The position numbers and the translations under genes are program-made. The notes under the pieces are model-generated. The model was not told the origin of the DNA. It saw nothing but the letters and a program-made list of their open reading frames with translations, and searched no databases. DNA of 64,000 nt from Candidatus Bathyarchaeota archaeon (GTDB taxonomy: Archaea > Thermoproteota > Bathyarchaeia > Bathyarchaeales > Bathycorpusculaceae), in the NCBI GenBank assembly GCA_963739305.1, contig CAVTZU010000023.1, positions 32,001-96,000 on the forward strand, written 5' to 3'. Positions 18,617-28,938 of the stretch are shown here, piece by piece. Within the stretch, counting starts at the first letter, position 1, and every line of letters begins with the position of its first letter.

Positions 18617-19747
18617 ATGTTGAAACCGGGCACGTACTTTTGGTCAGGAAACGAAGCATGCGTTGAGGCGGCAATAATCGCTGGCTGCAGATTCTTCGCT
18701 GGATATCCAATCTCGCCTTCAAACGAAATACCCGAAAACCTCTCCGAACGCCTGCCGCAAGTCGACGGTTTCTTCATGCAGATGGAAGACGAACTTTCCT
18801 CGATAGGCGCTATAATGGGCGGAAGTTGGGCCGGAAAGAAAGCGATGACAGCCACCTCCGGACCGGGTTTCAGCCTGATGCAAGAAACAATTGGCTGGGG
18901 CTTCATGACGGAAACGCCCTGCGTGATAGTCGACGTCCAGAGAGCAGGGCCGGGCACGGGTCAAGCAACGAAGTGTGCACAAGGAGACGTCATGCAAGCG
19001 CGATGGGGAACTCACGGAGATTACTCAGCAATTGCACTTTCACCCAACTCTGTTCAAGAGATGTTTGAGCTCACCATAAGAGCCTTCAACCTGGCAGAGA
19101 AATACCGAACCCCCGTCATATTATTGGCTGACGAAACAGTGGGGCACGTAAGAGAAAAGATCACCGTGCCTCCTATTGAACAGATCGAGATAATTGACCG
19201 CAAGAAACCGAAACCTGGCGACACAGCCTTTTTCGGGTTAGAAGAAGTTGCTCCCATGCCCGCGGTTGGCGAAGGTTTCAATGTTGCTGTGACAGCTTCG
19301 ACCCACGATGAATACGGCGTCAGGTTCACTCAAGATGCTCAGGTTCACAGCAGAATCGTCCGCAGACTCAACGCGAAGATAAACAATCACGTCGACGACA
19401 TAGTAGAAGTGGAAAACCACAACGTCGACAACTGCAAAATAGGCATAGTCTCATACGGCTGCACGTCCCGCGCTGTCTATGAGGCCGTCGAACGAGCAGA
19501 ATCCGACGGAATCAGCATCGGTCACGTAAGGCTCAAGACAATCTGGCCCTTTGCAGATAAGCAGGTCGCGCGACTCGCCAAAAGCGCTGAAAGAATCATA
19601 GTTCCCGAGATGAACCTCGGCCAAGTCTATCATGAAGTGCAAAGAGTGGCGTGCAAGTCAAAAGTTATACCTCTGAACAAGATCGGAGGCGGAGAACTAA
19701 TCACTCCTGAGGAAGTGCTCGCAAAAATTGCTGAAGGAGGAAACTAG
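18617..19747 (+). CDS. korA: 2-oxoacid:ferredoxin oxidoreductase alpha subunit
   Basis: GNEA, AGYPISPS, QMEDE, TATSGPGFSLM and QRAGPGTG. Confidence 0.92.
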   Translation: MLKPGTYFWSGNEACVEAAIIAGCRFFAGYPISPSNEIPENLSERLPQVDGFFMQMEDELSSIGAIMGGSWAGKKAMTATSGPGFSLMQETIGWGFMTETPCVIVDVQRAGPGTGQATKCAQGDVMQARWGTHGDYSAIALSPNSVQEMFELTIRAFNLAEKYRTPVILLADETVGHVREKITVPPIEQIEIIDRKKPKPGDTAFFGLEEVAPMPAVGEGFNVAVTASTHDEYGVRFTQDAQVHSRIVRRLNAKINNHVDDIVEVENHNVDNCKIGIVSYGCTSRAVYEAVERAESDGISIGHVRLKTIWPFADKQVARLAKSAERIIVPEMNLGQVYHEVQRVACKSKVIPLNKIGGGELITPEEVLAKIAEGGN

Positions 19748-19748
19748 A

Positions 19749-20576
19749 TTGACCGAAGCATTTTCACCGCGAAAATACATGAGAGACTTGAAGTATCCTT
19801 TCTGCGCAGGATGTGGACTATTCTCAATCAACGATGCATTCCTTAGAGCCGTTCACGAACTAGGACACGAAAACTTCGCCAAATTCTGCTTCACAAGCGG
19901 CATAGGCTGCTCCTCCTGGATTCCATCGCCCTACTACATGGCCGACTCTGTCCACACTCTGCACGGAAGAAGCATACCGCCAGCTACGAGCATAAAACTC
20001 GTGCATCCAGACCTGAACGTCGTCGTCTTCGGGGGAGACGGAGACATAGTCGGCATAGGCTTAAGCCACTTTGTCCACGCGGCGAGAAGAAACACAGACA
20101 TACTCGTCGTAATGGGCAACAACATGGTCTACGGAATGACAGGCGGCCAAGTCGCCCCAACAACCCCATTCCACACGAAAACAACCACGTCACCGTACGG
20201 CAGCTTCGAACACCCAATAGACGCAGCAAAGCTAGCAATCGCAGCTGGCGCCGCATACTCTGCACGATGGACAACCGCACACTTAACTGAACTGAAGGAA
20301 TCATTTAAGAAAGCGCTGCCCATGAAGGGTTTCAGGTTCGTCGAAGTAGTCACACACTGCCCTACAGCCTATGGCAGAAGAGCAGGGTTCAAAGACATCG
20401 CTCAAATGCTCAAACACTTCAAAGAAAGCGCCGTCACATTTGACCAAGCCGAAAAAATGAGCCCAGAAGAACTGGAAAGAAAAATCGTCATCGGAGAACT
20501 TGTGGGTCCGAAACGAACAACGCTCGTAGAAGCAGTTTACAGCATGATGAAGGAGGCAAAAGAAAATGCCGAATAA
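19749..20576 (+). CDS. korB: 2-oxoacid:ferredoxin oxidoreductase beta subunit
   Basis: FCAGCG, SGIGCS, HGR, GGDGD...NN.VYGMTGGQ TPP motif and CPT. Confidence 0.92.
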   Translation: MTEAFSPRKYMRDLKYPFCAGCGLFSINDAFLRAVHELGHENFAKFCFTSGIGCSSWIPSPYYMADSVHTLHGRSIPPATSIKLVHPDLNVVVFGGDGDIVGIGLSHFVHAARRNTDILVVMGNNMVYGMTGGQVAPTTPFHTKTTTSPYGSFEHPIDAAKLAIAAGAAYSARWTTAHLTELKESFKKALPMKGFRFVEVVTHCPTAYGRRAGFKDIAQMLKHFKESAVTFDQAEKMSPEELERKIVIGELVGPKRTTLVEAVYSMMKEAKENAE

Positions 20577-21093
20577 AACAGAAATCAGAATCGGCGGAAG
20601 CGGCGGACAAGGAGTAGTCCTCGCCGCACAAATACTGGGCAAGGCAGCGGTACTGGACGGCAAGAATGCCCTGCAGACTCAAGCCTACGGGGCGGAAGCA
20701 AGAGGAAGCCTCGCCAAAAGCGAAGTCATAATCTCTGACGGTAAAATCGGGTTCCCAGCAGTAAGAAAACCCGACATACTAGTCGCCATGAACCAAGAAG
20801 CCTTAGACAAACTGCTCAAAGATTTGAAGGAAAACGGAACGTTGATAGTCGACAGCACCAACGTAACGGCAATCCCTGAAACAAAAGCAAAACTGCACAA
20901 TCTGCCGATAACGGAAACCGCCAAAAAAACGTTTGGCGAAGCCATCTACGCAAACATGGTCATGCTGGGAATACTAACGAAGATCTCCAAACTGGTCTCC
21001 GAGCAATCGATGGAGAAAACAATCGAGGCAAACGTCTCCGCAAAAACCGTAGAAAACAACATAAACGCCTTCAAAAAAGGTATGCAACTCTAA
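20566..21093 (+). CDS. korC: 2-oxoacid:ferredoxin oxidoreductase gamma subunit
   Basis: GSGGQGVV, YGAEARG and NMVMLG. Confidence 0.92.
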   Translation: MPNKTEIRIGGSGGQGVVLAAQILGKAAVLDGKNALQTQAYGAEARGSLAKSEVIISDGKIGFPAVRKPDILVAMNQEALDKLLKDLKENGTLIVDSTNVTAIPETKAKLHNLPITETAKKTFGEAIYANMVMLGILTKISKLVSEQSMEKTIEANVSAKTVENNINAFKKGMQL

Positions 21094-21195
21094 ACAGTTG
21101 CCAACCGAAAACGCCTTTTTTCAAGAACACCTAAAATAGCAATCTAGAGATAAGACTAGGAAGCGAACTCATTAATGATTAGTTGAGGTTTCAAC

Positions 21196-22302
21196 GTGAA
21201 ATATGAAGTCAAATGCTCAACATGCAACACCATTTCAGAGAACCTTCTAGATTTCGAATGTCCATCATGTGGCGGACCGTTAGACGTGCAGCTTCACTTC
21301 GGTTTCAAAGACACGGATATCTGCAAGGACCGTCACTCGGTCTGGCGGTACAGGAAATTCTTCCCATACCTTGAAGAAAAAAGCATCATAACTCTGGGCG
21401 AAGGATGGACGCCCCTGGTGCAGTTCAGCGAGAACGTTCATATGAAGCTTGAAAACCTCAACCCAACAGGTTCCTTCAAAGACAGAGGATCAGCAGTGCT
21501 CATCTCCGCAATTCACAGAGCGATAAAAGAGCAGAAAGGATACGTTTCTGAAGATTCATCAGGAAACGCGGGCGCCTCGATGGCTGCTTACGCGGCTCGC
21601 GCTGGAATCAAGGCAAAGATATACGTTCCAGAGACCGTTTCTGGTCCAAAGTTCAATCAAATCCAATGGTACGGCGCAGAAATAATCAAAGTTGCCGGAA
21701 GCCGAAGTAGAGTTGCGGAAGAAGCCCAGAAACCCGAGCCGGGAAAATTTTACACGGGCCATATCCTTCATCCGCTGTTCCGAGACGGAATCAGAAGCTT
21801 AGCCTACGAAATGGCTGAGCAATGCCACTGGAGAATTCCAGATTACATATTCATGCCGGTCTCTGCAGGAACACTGTTGCTAGGCGTCATAGCCGGATTC
21901 AGACATCTTGCAGAATCAGATAGAATCAAGTCGCTGCCGACGATTGTGGCTTGTCAAACGGCACAAGTGTCTCCGCTCTATCACTTATTCAAGAACTTGG
22001 ATTACACTGCTCCAAAAACAGTGACGTCAATCGCCGATGCACTCGTAAGCAACGACCCACCGCTCCTTGAACTCATGCACAAGAGTCTAAAAGCTGCCCA
22101 TGGAGACGCCGTGATGGTTGAAGAAAAAGAAATAGCAGATGCTCACAAAGAACTTGCGAGGAAAGGCTTCTTCGTTGAACCAAGCTCAGCCGTCGCTTAT
22201 GCAGGCTATAAGAGGCAGCTGAAGGATAAACAAATAGCAAAAGACCTCAGTGCAGTGCTGATTTTGACCGGAATGGGTTTGAAAACAACTCTAACGCCTT
22301 GA
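21196..22302 (+). CDS. thrC: Threonine synthase-like PLP enzyme
   Basis: N-terminal CxxC..CxxC, TLGEGWTP, NPTGSFKDRG, DSSGNAG, EPSSA and LTGMGLK. Confidence 0.85.
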   Translation: MKYEVKCSTCNTISENLLDFECPSCGGPLDVQLHFGFKDTDICKDRHSVWRYRKFFPYLEEKSIITLGEGWTPLVQFSENVHMKLENLNPTGSFKDRGSAVLISAIHRAIKEQKGYVSEDSSGNAGASMAAYAARAGIKAKIYVPETVSGPKFNQIQWYGAEIIKVAGSRSRVAEEAQKPEPGKFYTGHILHPLFRDGIRSLAYEMAEQCHWRIPDYIFMPVSAGTLLLGVIAGFRHLAESDRIKSLPTIVACQTAQVSPLYHLFKNLDYTAPKTVTSIADALVSNDPPLLELMHKSLKAAHGDAVMVEEKEIADAHKELARKGFFVEPSSAVAYAGYKRQLKDKQIAKDLSAVLILTGMGLKTTLTP

Positions 22303-22418
22303 TGTTCTCATGTCTCAAGAGTTTACCATGGAAACCTAGCTTCCTACACATTCCTTTAGAAAAACTTATATTAGGAGGCTGTTTTTCATTGAGACGCAAA
22401 AGGAGGATTGTTTAAGAC

Positions 22419-24081
22419 TTGTCACAACAATCAGCTGGCGGTGTTCCAGTACTAGTCTTAAAAGAAGGCTCAAATCGTTCAAGAGGAAAGGAAGCACTAC
22501 ACACGAACATCGAAGCTGCACGAATTGTAGCTGAGACAGTGAAGAGTTCACTCGGACCAAAGGGAATGGATAAAATGCTCGTTGACAGTTTCGGCGACGT
22601 CACCATAACAAGCGACGGCCGCACAATACTTGATGAAATGGACATTCAACATCCAGCAGCCAAAATGATGCTTGAAGTGGCAAAAACGCAAGATAACGAA
22701 GCCGGAGACGGGACAACAACGGCCGTTATTATATCCGGTGAACTGCTCAACAAAGCTCAGGAATTAATCGAAAGAAACGTTCACCCAACAATCATTATTG
22801 ATGGATACAAGAAAGCAGCTGAAAAAGCTCTTGAAGTTTTGGAAGACATTGCAATCAAGATAGATCCAGATCACAACAGACTACCCGAAGAAAGTCGCAA
22901 TGACGTCGATGGCAAGCAAACTCGTTGCGGACCACAGAGAATACTTGGCTGACATCGCAGTCAAAGCAATGCTGGCAGTTGCTGAAAAAGACGGAGACAA
23001 ATACAAAGCAGATGTTGACGACGTGAAGGTCGAAAAGAAACCAGGTGAATCCGTTCGAGACACAAAACTCATTCAAGGAATAGTCCTCGACAAAGAAGTC
23101 GCCCACTCTGGAATGCCCAAGCGAATCGAAAGAGCCAAAATAGCCTTACTTGATGCTGCACTGGAGATCGAGAAAACCGAGTTCGACGCGAAAATAAACA
23201 TCGAAAGCCCCGAACAAATGGAGAGCTTTCTCAAACAAGAAGAAGACATGCTTCACGAAATGGTCGACAAGATAGTCAAGTCTGGCGCAAACGTCGTCCT
23301 CACAGAAAAAGGCATAGACGACATGGCACAGCACTTCATGGCCAGAAAGGGAATACTCGCAGTCAGAAGAAACAAGAAGTCGGACATGGAAAAACTCGCC
23401 AAAGCAACCGGCGGAAAGGTAGTAACTAACTTAGATGGAATAACATCTGCAGATCTCGGTTACGCAGCACTCGTCGAAGAACGCAAGATAGGCGACGACA
23501 AAATGACTTTCATAGAAGGATGCAAACACCCCAAAGCCGTGACCATACTGATCAGAGGCGGAACTCAACGCATCGTCGACGAAGCCGAACGTTCAGTACA
23601 CGATGCACTCTGCGTGGTCAGAGACGTAATTGAAGAACCAAAAATCGTAGCTGGAGGAGGATCCGCCGAGCTGGAAGTTTCACGCATGCTGAAGAAATAC
23701 GCGGAAACCCTTCCGGGAAGAGAACAACTCGCCGTCAGGGCATTCGCAGAAGCTCTTGAAGCCATACCGCTCACGTTGACTGAAAACGCTGGACTGGATC
23801 CAATCGACATTATCTCCGAACTGAGAGTTAGACACGAAAAAGGCGAAACATGGGCAGGAATCGAAGTCATCAACGGAAAAGCCCAAGACATGACCAAAGC
23901 AGGAGTGTACGAGCCGTTGGCGGTCAAGAAACAGATCATTAAGTCGGCAACGGAAGCTTCCACGATGATACTGAAGATTGACGACGTCATTGCAGCAGGA
24001 AAAATGAGGACTCCCCCGACACCCCCAGGCGGACCAGGCGGCATGGGAGGCGGCGGCTACCCAGGAATGGGGGAGTACTAG
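22419..24081 (+). CDS. ths: Thermosome (group II chaperonin) subunit; +1 frameshift near 22870-22890
   Basis: [18 protein letters not shown], then in the next frame [21 protein letters not shown] and a GGM tail. Confidence 0.95.
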
Positions 24082-24342
24082 ATAACGCCTGAACAAAGCA
24101 AAATCACAGTTGGACCACCAAAAATCACTCGCTTCGAAAAGGCAAGAATAGTGGGAGCCAGAGCACTCCAAATATCAATGGGAGCTCCCATATTAATCGA
24201 TTCCAAACAAGGCTTCACAGGACCAATAGACATAGCACTCAAAGAATTCGCCGCGAACATTTTACCGATGACCATCAGACGAACGCTGCCGGATCAAACG
24301 TACCAAGACATTCCGTTGAAGTGGCTCTTAGAAGAGCACTAA
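24082..24342 (+). CDS. rpoK: DNA-directed RNA polymerase subunit K (Rpo6); apparent non-canonical start
   Basis: [26 protein letters not shown]...LP.TIRR.LP; conserved N-part lies upstream of the first GTG (24151); frame opens at ATA 24082. Confidence 0.9.
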   Translation: MTPEQSKITVGPPKITRFEKARIVGARALQISMGAPILIDSKQGFTGPIDIALKEFAANILPMTIRRTLPDQTYQDIPLKWLLEEH

Positions 24343-24345
24343 AAC

Positions 24346-24834
24346 TCAATTTTCTTTTTCTTCTTTCTTCAAAATCTCTCTTGCAGCGCTAAGGGATCTC
24401 CTGATCTTAGTCCAATGCGCTCCTTGCCAATAGACTTGTCCACAATTTGAACACCGCCAAAAATCCGTGTAATGTTCAAGCGTGTTCTTTTCAACCGTTT
24501 TCTCGGCTTCTTCTTTTGAGATTGGCTTCACGAGAAAGTTGCACTTGGGACATCTCGATGAACTCATGTCTATCTCAAGCGGAATTCCATATCGTTCTGC
24601 AAGCTCAGCAAGTTTCTCATCTCCCGTGGCACCTTCCAGATAGAAAGCGTCAAGCCCCTTGCCTATAGCGCGTTGATAGAGTTCGAAATCCCGCGTAAGC
24701 AAGATTCTTTGTTCATTCTTGGCTTTGGCCAAAAGCTCCGCATCGTCCGCGTTGTTCGAATACTCGACGTCCTGTCCCAGCATGCGAAGCCAGCGCGTCA
24801 ATTTGCCAAGCATGCCGTCTGCGACGAACCTCAA
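24346..24834 (-). CDS. Mut7-C RNase (PIN-like) domain protein
   Basis: FVADGMLGKLTRWLRMLG, LLTRD, RCPKCN and CSNCGQVYWQGAH. Confidence 0.92.
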   Translation of the reverse strand: MRFVADGMLGKLTRWLRMLGQDVEYSNNADDAELLAKAKNEQRILLTRDFELYQRAIGKGLDAFYLEGATGDEKLAELAERYGIPLEIDMSSSRCPKCNFLVKPISKEEAEKTVEKNTLEHYTDFWRCSNCGQVYWQGAHWTKIRRSLSAAREILKKEEKEN

Positions 24835-26180
24835 ACGGTGATCTCTCTCCGGAGTACCGTGCCAGTTCCTGGTTTAGCAACTATTTCGCCTTCATCGATG
24901 ACTAGTCGTCCGTTAATGTAGGTTTTCACGGGTTTTCCCGTGACTTCACGACCGTCAAAGGGCGAATACTTGGCTTTAGACAGGAACTTTGAAGAGTCAA
25001 TCTCGTACTTCCTGTAAAGATCAACAACGGTCAAGTCGCCATCGTTCCCCTCCCTCAAACGTCCCTTCCTTCTCAGCTGAAGAATCTCTGCGGGCTTCTC
25101 AGCCAGGAGCCTCACGAGTTCTCCCAACGCTAAACGTCCACGATTTACTTCAGTCAAAAGCAACGGCAAAGTCGTCTCCAGACCAGGTATGCCAACCTTA
25201 ACGTCCCAAACAGATTCAGCTTCCTTTTCTTTCGACAAATGAGGCGCGTGGTCTGACGCCAACACATCGATAGACCCGTTCCTTACTCCTTTCCACAACG
25301 CTTCGATGTGCCGCCTATCGCGGACGGGCGGCATGCTCACACAAAGCATCCCTATTCTTTTCAAGTCATCAGATGAGAGAAGCAGGTTATGAGGGGTCGC
25401 TTCACAAGACAGGTTCAACCCTGACTCCTTTGCTTCTACGATCGCACTCAACCCTTCCTCCGTGCTGATGTGGCAGAAGTGCAGTTGAACCCCTGACTGC
25501 CTGACGATATTCAACACGCGCTCCACTGCTTTCAATTCAACGCCCTCAGAATGGGCTTTCAGGAAAGCTGCAACGTCATTCCGTTTTCCCTTCTTCAAGG
25601 CGTCCTCAGCTCTTTTCAACATCTCTTTGTCTTCTGCATGAACAGCAACTGACGCGCCGAATCCGGCCACAGTCTTGAACGCCTCGATTATGCCATCATC
25701 GTTGTCCAGATCGAGCCCGCCGACCTGCTCTGCCATGAAAAGTTTGAACCCAAGAGCACCTTGCTGAACTATCGATTCAACGTCTTTGAGATTTCTCGGA
25801 AATTCAGAGCGAAAACCAACATTCACAAGCACTTTTCTCTCTGCGATGTTCATTCGATTTCGAAGCGTTTCAGAACTCATCGTCACCGGATCATTGTTCG
25901 GCATATCAACAACTGTCGCGAACCCCCCAGCTGCGGCCGCCGATGTTCCGCTGTAGAAGTCTTCTTTGCGCGACTTGCCTTCGTCTCTAAGATGCACGTG
26001 AGCGTCAATAAGACCTGGAAGTACAAGTTGATTCTTCAAATCCATTCTTGAATCTGCCTTTGGCATGTTTGCATCTTTGCCTATCTTGAAAATCCTGCCA
26101 TTGTCGATAGCGATGCTGCAATCTACTATGTCTTCTTTGAAGTATGCTTTGGCATTAGACAACACCGAGTCAGCTATCAT
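24831..26180 (-). CDS. pyrC: Dihydroorotase (allantoinase/DHOase family)
   Basis: PGLIDAHVHLR, DMPN, HAED, HIS and SDHAPH. Confidence 0.85.
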   Translation of the reverse strand: MIADSVLSNAKAYFKEDIVDCSIAIDNGRIFKIGKDANMPKADSRMDLKNQLVLPGLIDAHVHLRDEGKSRKEDFYSGTSAAAAGGFATVVDMPNNDPVTMSSETLRNRMNIAERKVLVNVGFRSEFPRNLKDVESIVQQGALGFKLFMAEQVGGLDLDNDDGIIEAFKTVAGFGASVAVHAEDKEMLKRAEDALKKGKRNDVAAFLKAHSEGVELKAVERVLNIVRQSGVQLHFCHISTEEGLSAIVEAKESGLNLSCEATPHNLLLSSDDLKRIGMLCVSMPPVRDRRHIEALWKGVRNGSIDVLASDHAPHLSKEKEAESVWDVKVGIPGLETTLPLLLTEVNRGRLALGELVRLLAEKPAEILQLRRKGRLREGNDGDLTVVDLYRKYEIDSSKFLSKAKYSPFDGREVTGKPVKTYINGRLVIDEGEIVAKPGTGTVLRREITV

Positions 26181-26464
26181 TCGTAATCATTTCCTTCATT
26201 TTTTCTGAAACTTCGGAATCGAGCTCAGAAATCAGTTTTTCATCACTTCCCTATCCAAGCAGAAATAGGCCTATTAAACTATTCACTATTTTCAACAAAT
26301 CCGTAGAAAGTGGAGCTTCAACATGCATTCACGCGCGCGCTATTTGGAAATGAAAAAAGAAAAAGCAAACTAACAGAAACCTATAGTTCTTTTTCCTCTC
26401 CATCGTAACGCTCTTATCTTGAACTACCGAAATACTCGACTTGACAGAAAAATGATTTGGGACC

Positions 26465-27589
26465 GTGACAATTTTGGAGCATGCTAACGTAGTCATCATT
26501 GGTGCCGGCGTCGTGGGACTCGCAGTCGCCGCAAAAATCTCAGAAACGAATGAATCCGTCTACATCTTCGAAAAGAACATACGATTCGGTCAAGAAACAA
26601 GCGGCCATAACAGCGCTGTCATACACTCAGGCATTCATTATCCCAAAAACTCCCTGAAAGCCAAGCTCTGCGTGAAAGGAAACAAAATGCTCTACGAACT
26701 GTGCGAGAAACACAATATCCCCTTCAAAAGACTGGGCAAACTCACGGTGGCAGTCGGCGAAGAAGAACTGGACGAAATAGAAAAGCTGATGAAACAAGGA
26801 ACAGACAACGGAGTCGAAGGCATGAGATTTCTAGACAAACAGGAAGTGAAAAAACTCGAAGACAACGTCGAAGTCGAGAGAGCTCTTATCACCCCCGCAA
26901 CTGGAATTCTAGAGCCGGATGAACTGATGAATCATTTCCATGCGCGACTGCGCAAGAACAACGCCGTTTTGGCCACTGAAACCGAGGTCACGAGCCTGAA
27001 GAAGACCGACAATGGGTTCGACATAAGCGGCACAAGCGTTGGCGAGAAGTTTCACATTAATGCTAAGACGGTGATAAACTGCGCCGGGCTCTACGCTGAC
27101 AGAATCGCCGCAATGATAGGCTTGGACGTCGACAGAATTGGTTACAGAATCCATCACGCCAAAGGAGACTACTACAGAGTTTCGGGAAAACCTCTCGTCA
27201 AAATGCTCGTCTATCCTGTTCCTAAAGGAGCTGGTCTAGGCATTCATCTGACACCCGACCTCACTGGATCAATCAGGCTCGGGCCAAACGCTTACTACGT
27301 CGATAAAATCGATTATTCCGTCGAATCTGGCGAGAAAGAATTCAGAGAAGATGTCGCTAGGTTCGTACCCAAGATTCTTGACCATGAAATCCGTCCGGAT
27401 TCTTCAGGAATAAGGCCCAAGCTTCAAGGACCCAAAGACGGATTCAAGGATTTTGTGATACGACATGAATCAGACAGAGGACTTTTCGGACTCGTGAACC
27501 TAGTGGGAATCGAATCACCAGGCTTGACAGCAGCTCCTGCGATAGCCGAGTTTGTCTCCGAAATCGTAGAAAACGAAATCAAGAGATAG
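26465..27589 (+). CDS. FAD-dependent oxidoreductase (L-2-hydroxyglutarate oxidase-like)
   Basis: GAGVVG, TSGHNSAVIHSG, NCAGL, GIHLT and GIESPGLT. Confidence 0.88.
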   Translation: MTILEHANVVIIGAGVVGLAVAAKISETNESVYIFEKNIRFGQETSGHNSAVIHSGIHYPKNSLKAKLCVKGNKMLYELCEKHNIPFKRLGKLTVAVGEEELDEIEKLMKQGTDNGVEGMRFLDKQEVKKLEDNVEVERALITPATGILEPDELMNHFHARLRKNNAVLATETEVTSLKKTDNGFDISGTSVGEKFHINAKTVINCAGLYADRIAAMIGLDVDRIGYRIHHAKGDYYRVSGKPLVKMLVYPVPKGAGLGIHLTPDLTGSIRLGPNAYYVDKIDYSVESGEKEFREDVARFVPKILDHEIRPDSSGIRPKLQGPKDGFKDFVIRHESDRGLFGLVNLVGIESPGLTAAPAIAEFVSEIVENEIKR

Positions 27590-27801
27590 GCTTCCACAGT
27601 TCTGAGCTAAAAGAGACTAAACAAGATCGACAAAGCAAGAGCAGTTGGACAGTTCGTCACGAAACTCGGCGTTTCTCAAAGTCCAAATCTTTCTTTTCGG
27701 AACCATTAGCACTCCAAAGATGCGAACTCAGCAGGTTCGTGCTATGTTCCCAATATCACCCGCTGGTCAAATTTTGCCGATCACTGATTTACAAACGAGG
27801 G

Positions 27802-28725
27802 TCAGATGCTCATCACAACTTTCGCCAGGTGAACAGAATCCTGAATGCTCTTCATCACAGTTTCAGTCACCTTGACTTTAACGCCTAGACCCTCAATGCG
27901 GCCGCCTTCAAATTCATCGGCCTTGTCAATAACCAAGTGGTCAATTATGTCGTTATAGAAATTCGCGACGCCATACGCAGACGGTTCGAAACCCATGCTA
28001 GCCATAATCCTGTCAGCAGGTCCCTTCAATGCCTTCCCGCCGACAATCGGACTCACGCTTACAACGCACCCTTTGCTTCGCCTCAACTCGTCTCTGAAAC
28101 CTGGAATCGACAACATAGGTCCGACACTCAATATTGGGTTGCTCGGACAGATTACTATACGTTCAGCCCTCCTAATTGCTTCAAGAATGCCAGGCGCTGG
28201 TCTCGCTTCTGAATGCCCCTCATACGACACGCCAGTGACCACGTCTCTCGCTCCTCTCTTCACAAAGTACTCCTGAAAATCCAGCTGCAATTGATTCGAC
28301 AGAACCTTCGTCCTCACTGGATCATCACTCATCGGAACCAGTTTGGCACTCACACCTAACACTTCACAGAGCTTGGCCGTCACCTGAGAAAGTGTAACGC
28401 CGTGTCTAAGCAAATCAGTTCTAGAAATCTGGATGGCCAAGTCTTGGTCACCAAGCTTAAACCATGTTTCGAACCCCAGCCTCTCTAACATGTCCAGGCA
28501 ATAGAACGTGTCTTGAGCTACCCCCCAGCCTCGCTTTTCGTCGACGATTCCCGCCAAAGTGAAAGTGACGATATCCAAATCCGGACTTACGTGGAGACCG
28601 TACATCTCAAAATCGTCACCCGTGTTTCCGACAATCATCAGATCCTCTGGCGAAACCACCTGAACTAGTCCTCTTAGTAGCTTAGCCGCGCCGACTCCGC
28701 CAGCGAGAGCCACAACAAAACCCAT
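27802..28725 (-). CDS. cofD: 2-phospho-L-lactate transferase (F420 biosynthesis)
   Basis: GGVGAAK, NTGDD..GL.VSPDLD, FQEYFV, PSNP and KGPA. Confidence 0.93.
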   Translation of the reverse strand: MGFVVALAGGVGAAKLLRGLVQVVSPEDLMIVGNTGDDFEMYGLHVSPDLDIVTFTLAGIVDEKRGWGVAQDTFYCLDMLERLGFETWFKLGDQDLAIQISRTDLLRHGVTLSQVTAKLCEVLGVSAKLVPMSDDPVRTKVLSNQLQLDFQEYFVKRGARDVVTGVSYEGHSEARPAPGILEAIRRAERIVICPSNPILSVGPMLSIPGFRDELRRSKGCVVSVSPIVGGKALKGPADRIMASMGFEPSAYGVANFYNDIIDHLVIDKADEFEGGRIEGLGVKVKVTETVMKSIQDSVHLAKVVMSI

Positions 28726-28823
28726 AAGCCATTCACCTCTTGGAACGATTTCCAGGCTTCACAACATATTATTGACCCTTACTCTTAAAGCTCAGCACGA
28801 AATACCACGATGAGGTTGTTGAC

Positions 28824-28938
28824 TTGGAACTCGTTCAAACCATCAAGTTTCGCAGAAGCATAAGAAAATCATAAGTTAAAGTTTTGCAAAGAAGTACGAG
28901 ATATCGACACCACCAGTTGGAGAGGTTGCTTCTCATGA
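28824..28938 (+). pseudogene. Nitroreductase-family gene relic immediately upstream of cofE
   Basis: SD GAGGTTG + TTG, then MELVQTIKFRRSIRKS-stop (28824-28874), resembling the nitroreductase RRSIR start; another frame ends in TGA overlapping the cofE ATG. Confidence 0.5.

Noticed and set aside
7860-22890. Programmed ribosomal frameshifting in trpB2, trpY, etfB or thermosome
   Set aside because: No slippery heptamers, and paired insertions a few codons apart look like sequence errors
24079-24081. Pyrrolysine or amber read-through producing a thermosome-RpoK fusion
   Set aside because: The thermosome ends with a normal GGM tail, no pyl genes are seen, and such a fusion is structurally implausible
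1720-24834. TatD and Mut7-C as parts of a defence or toxin-antitoxin system
   Set aside because: Both sit in housekeeping contexts without partner defence or antitoxin genes
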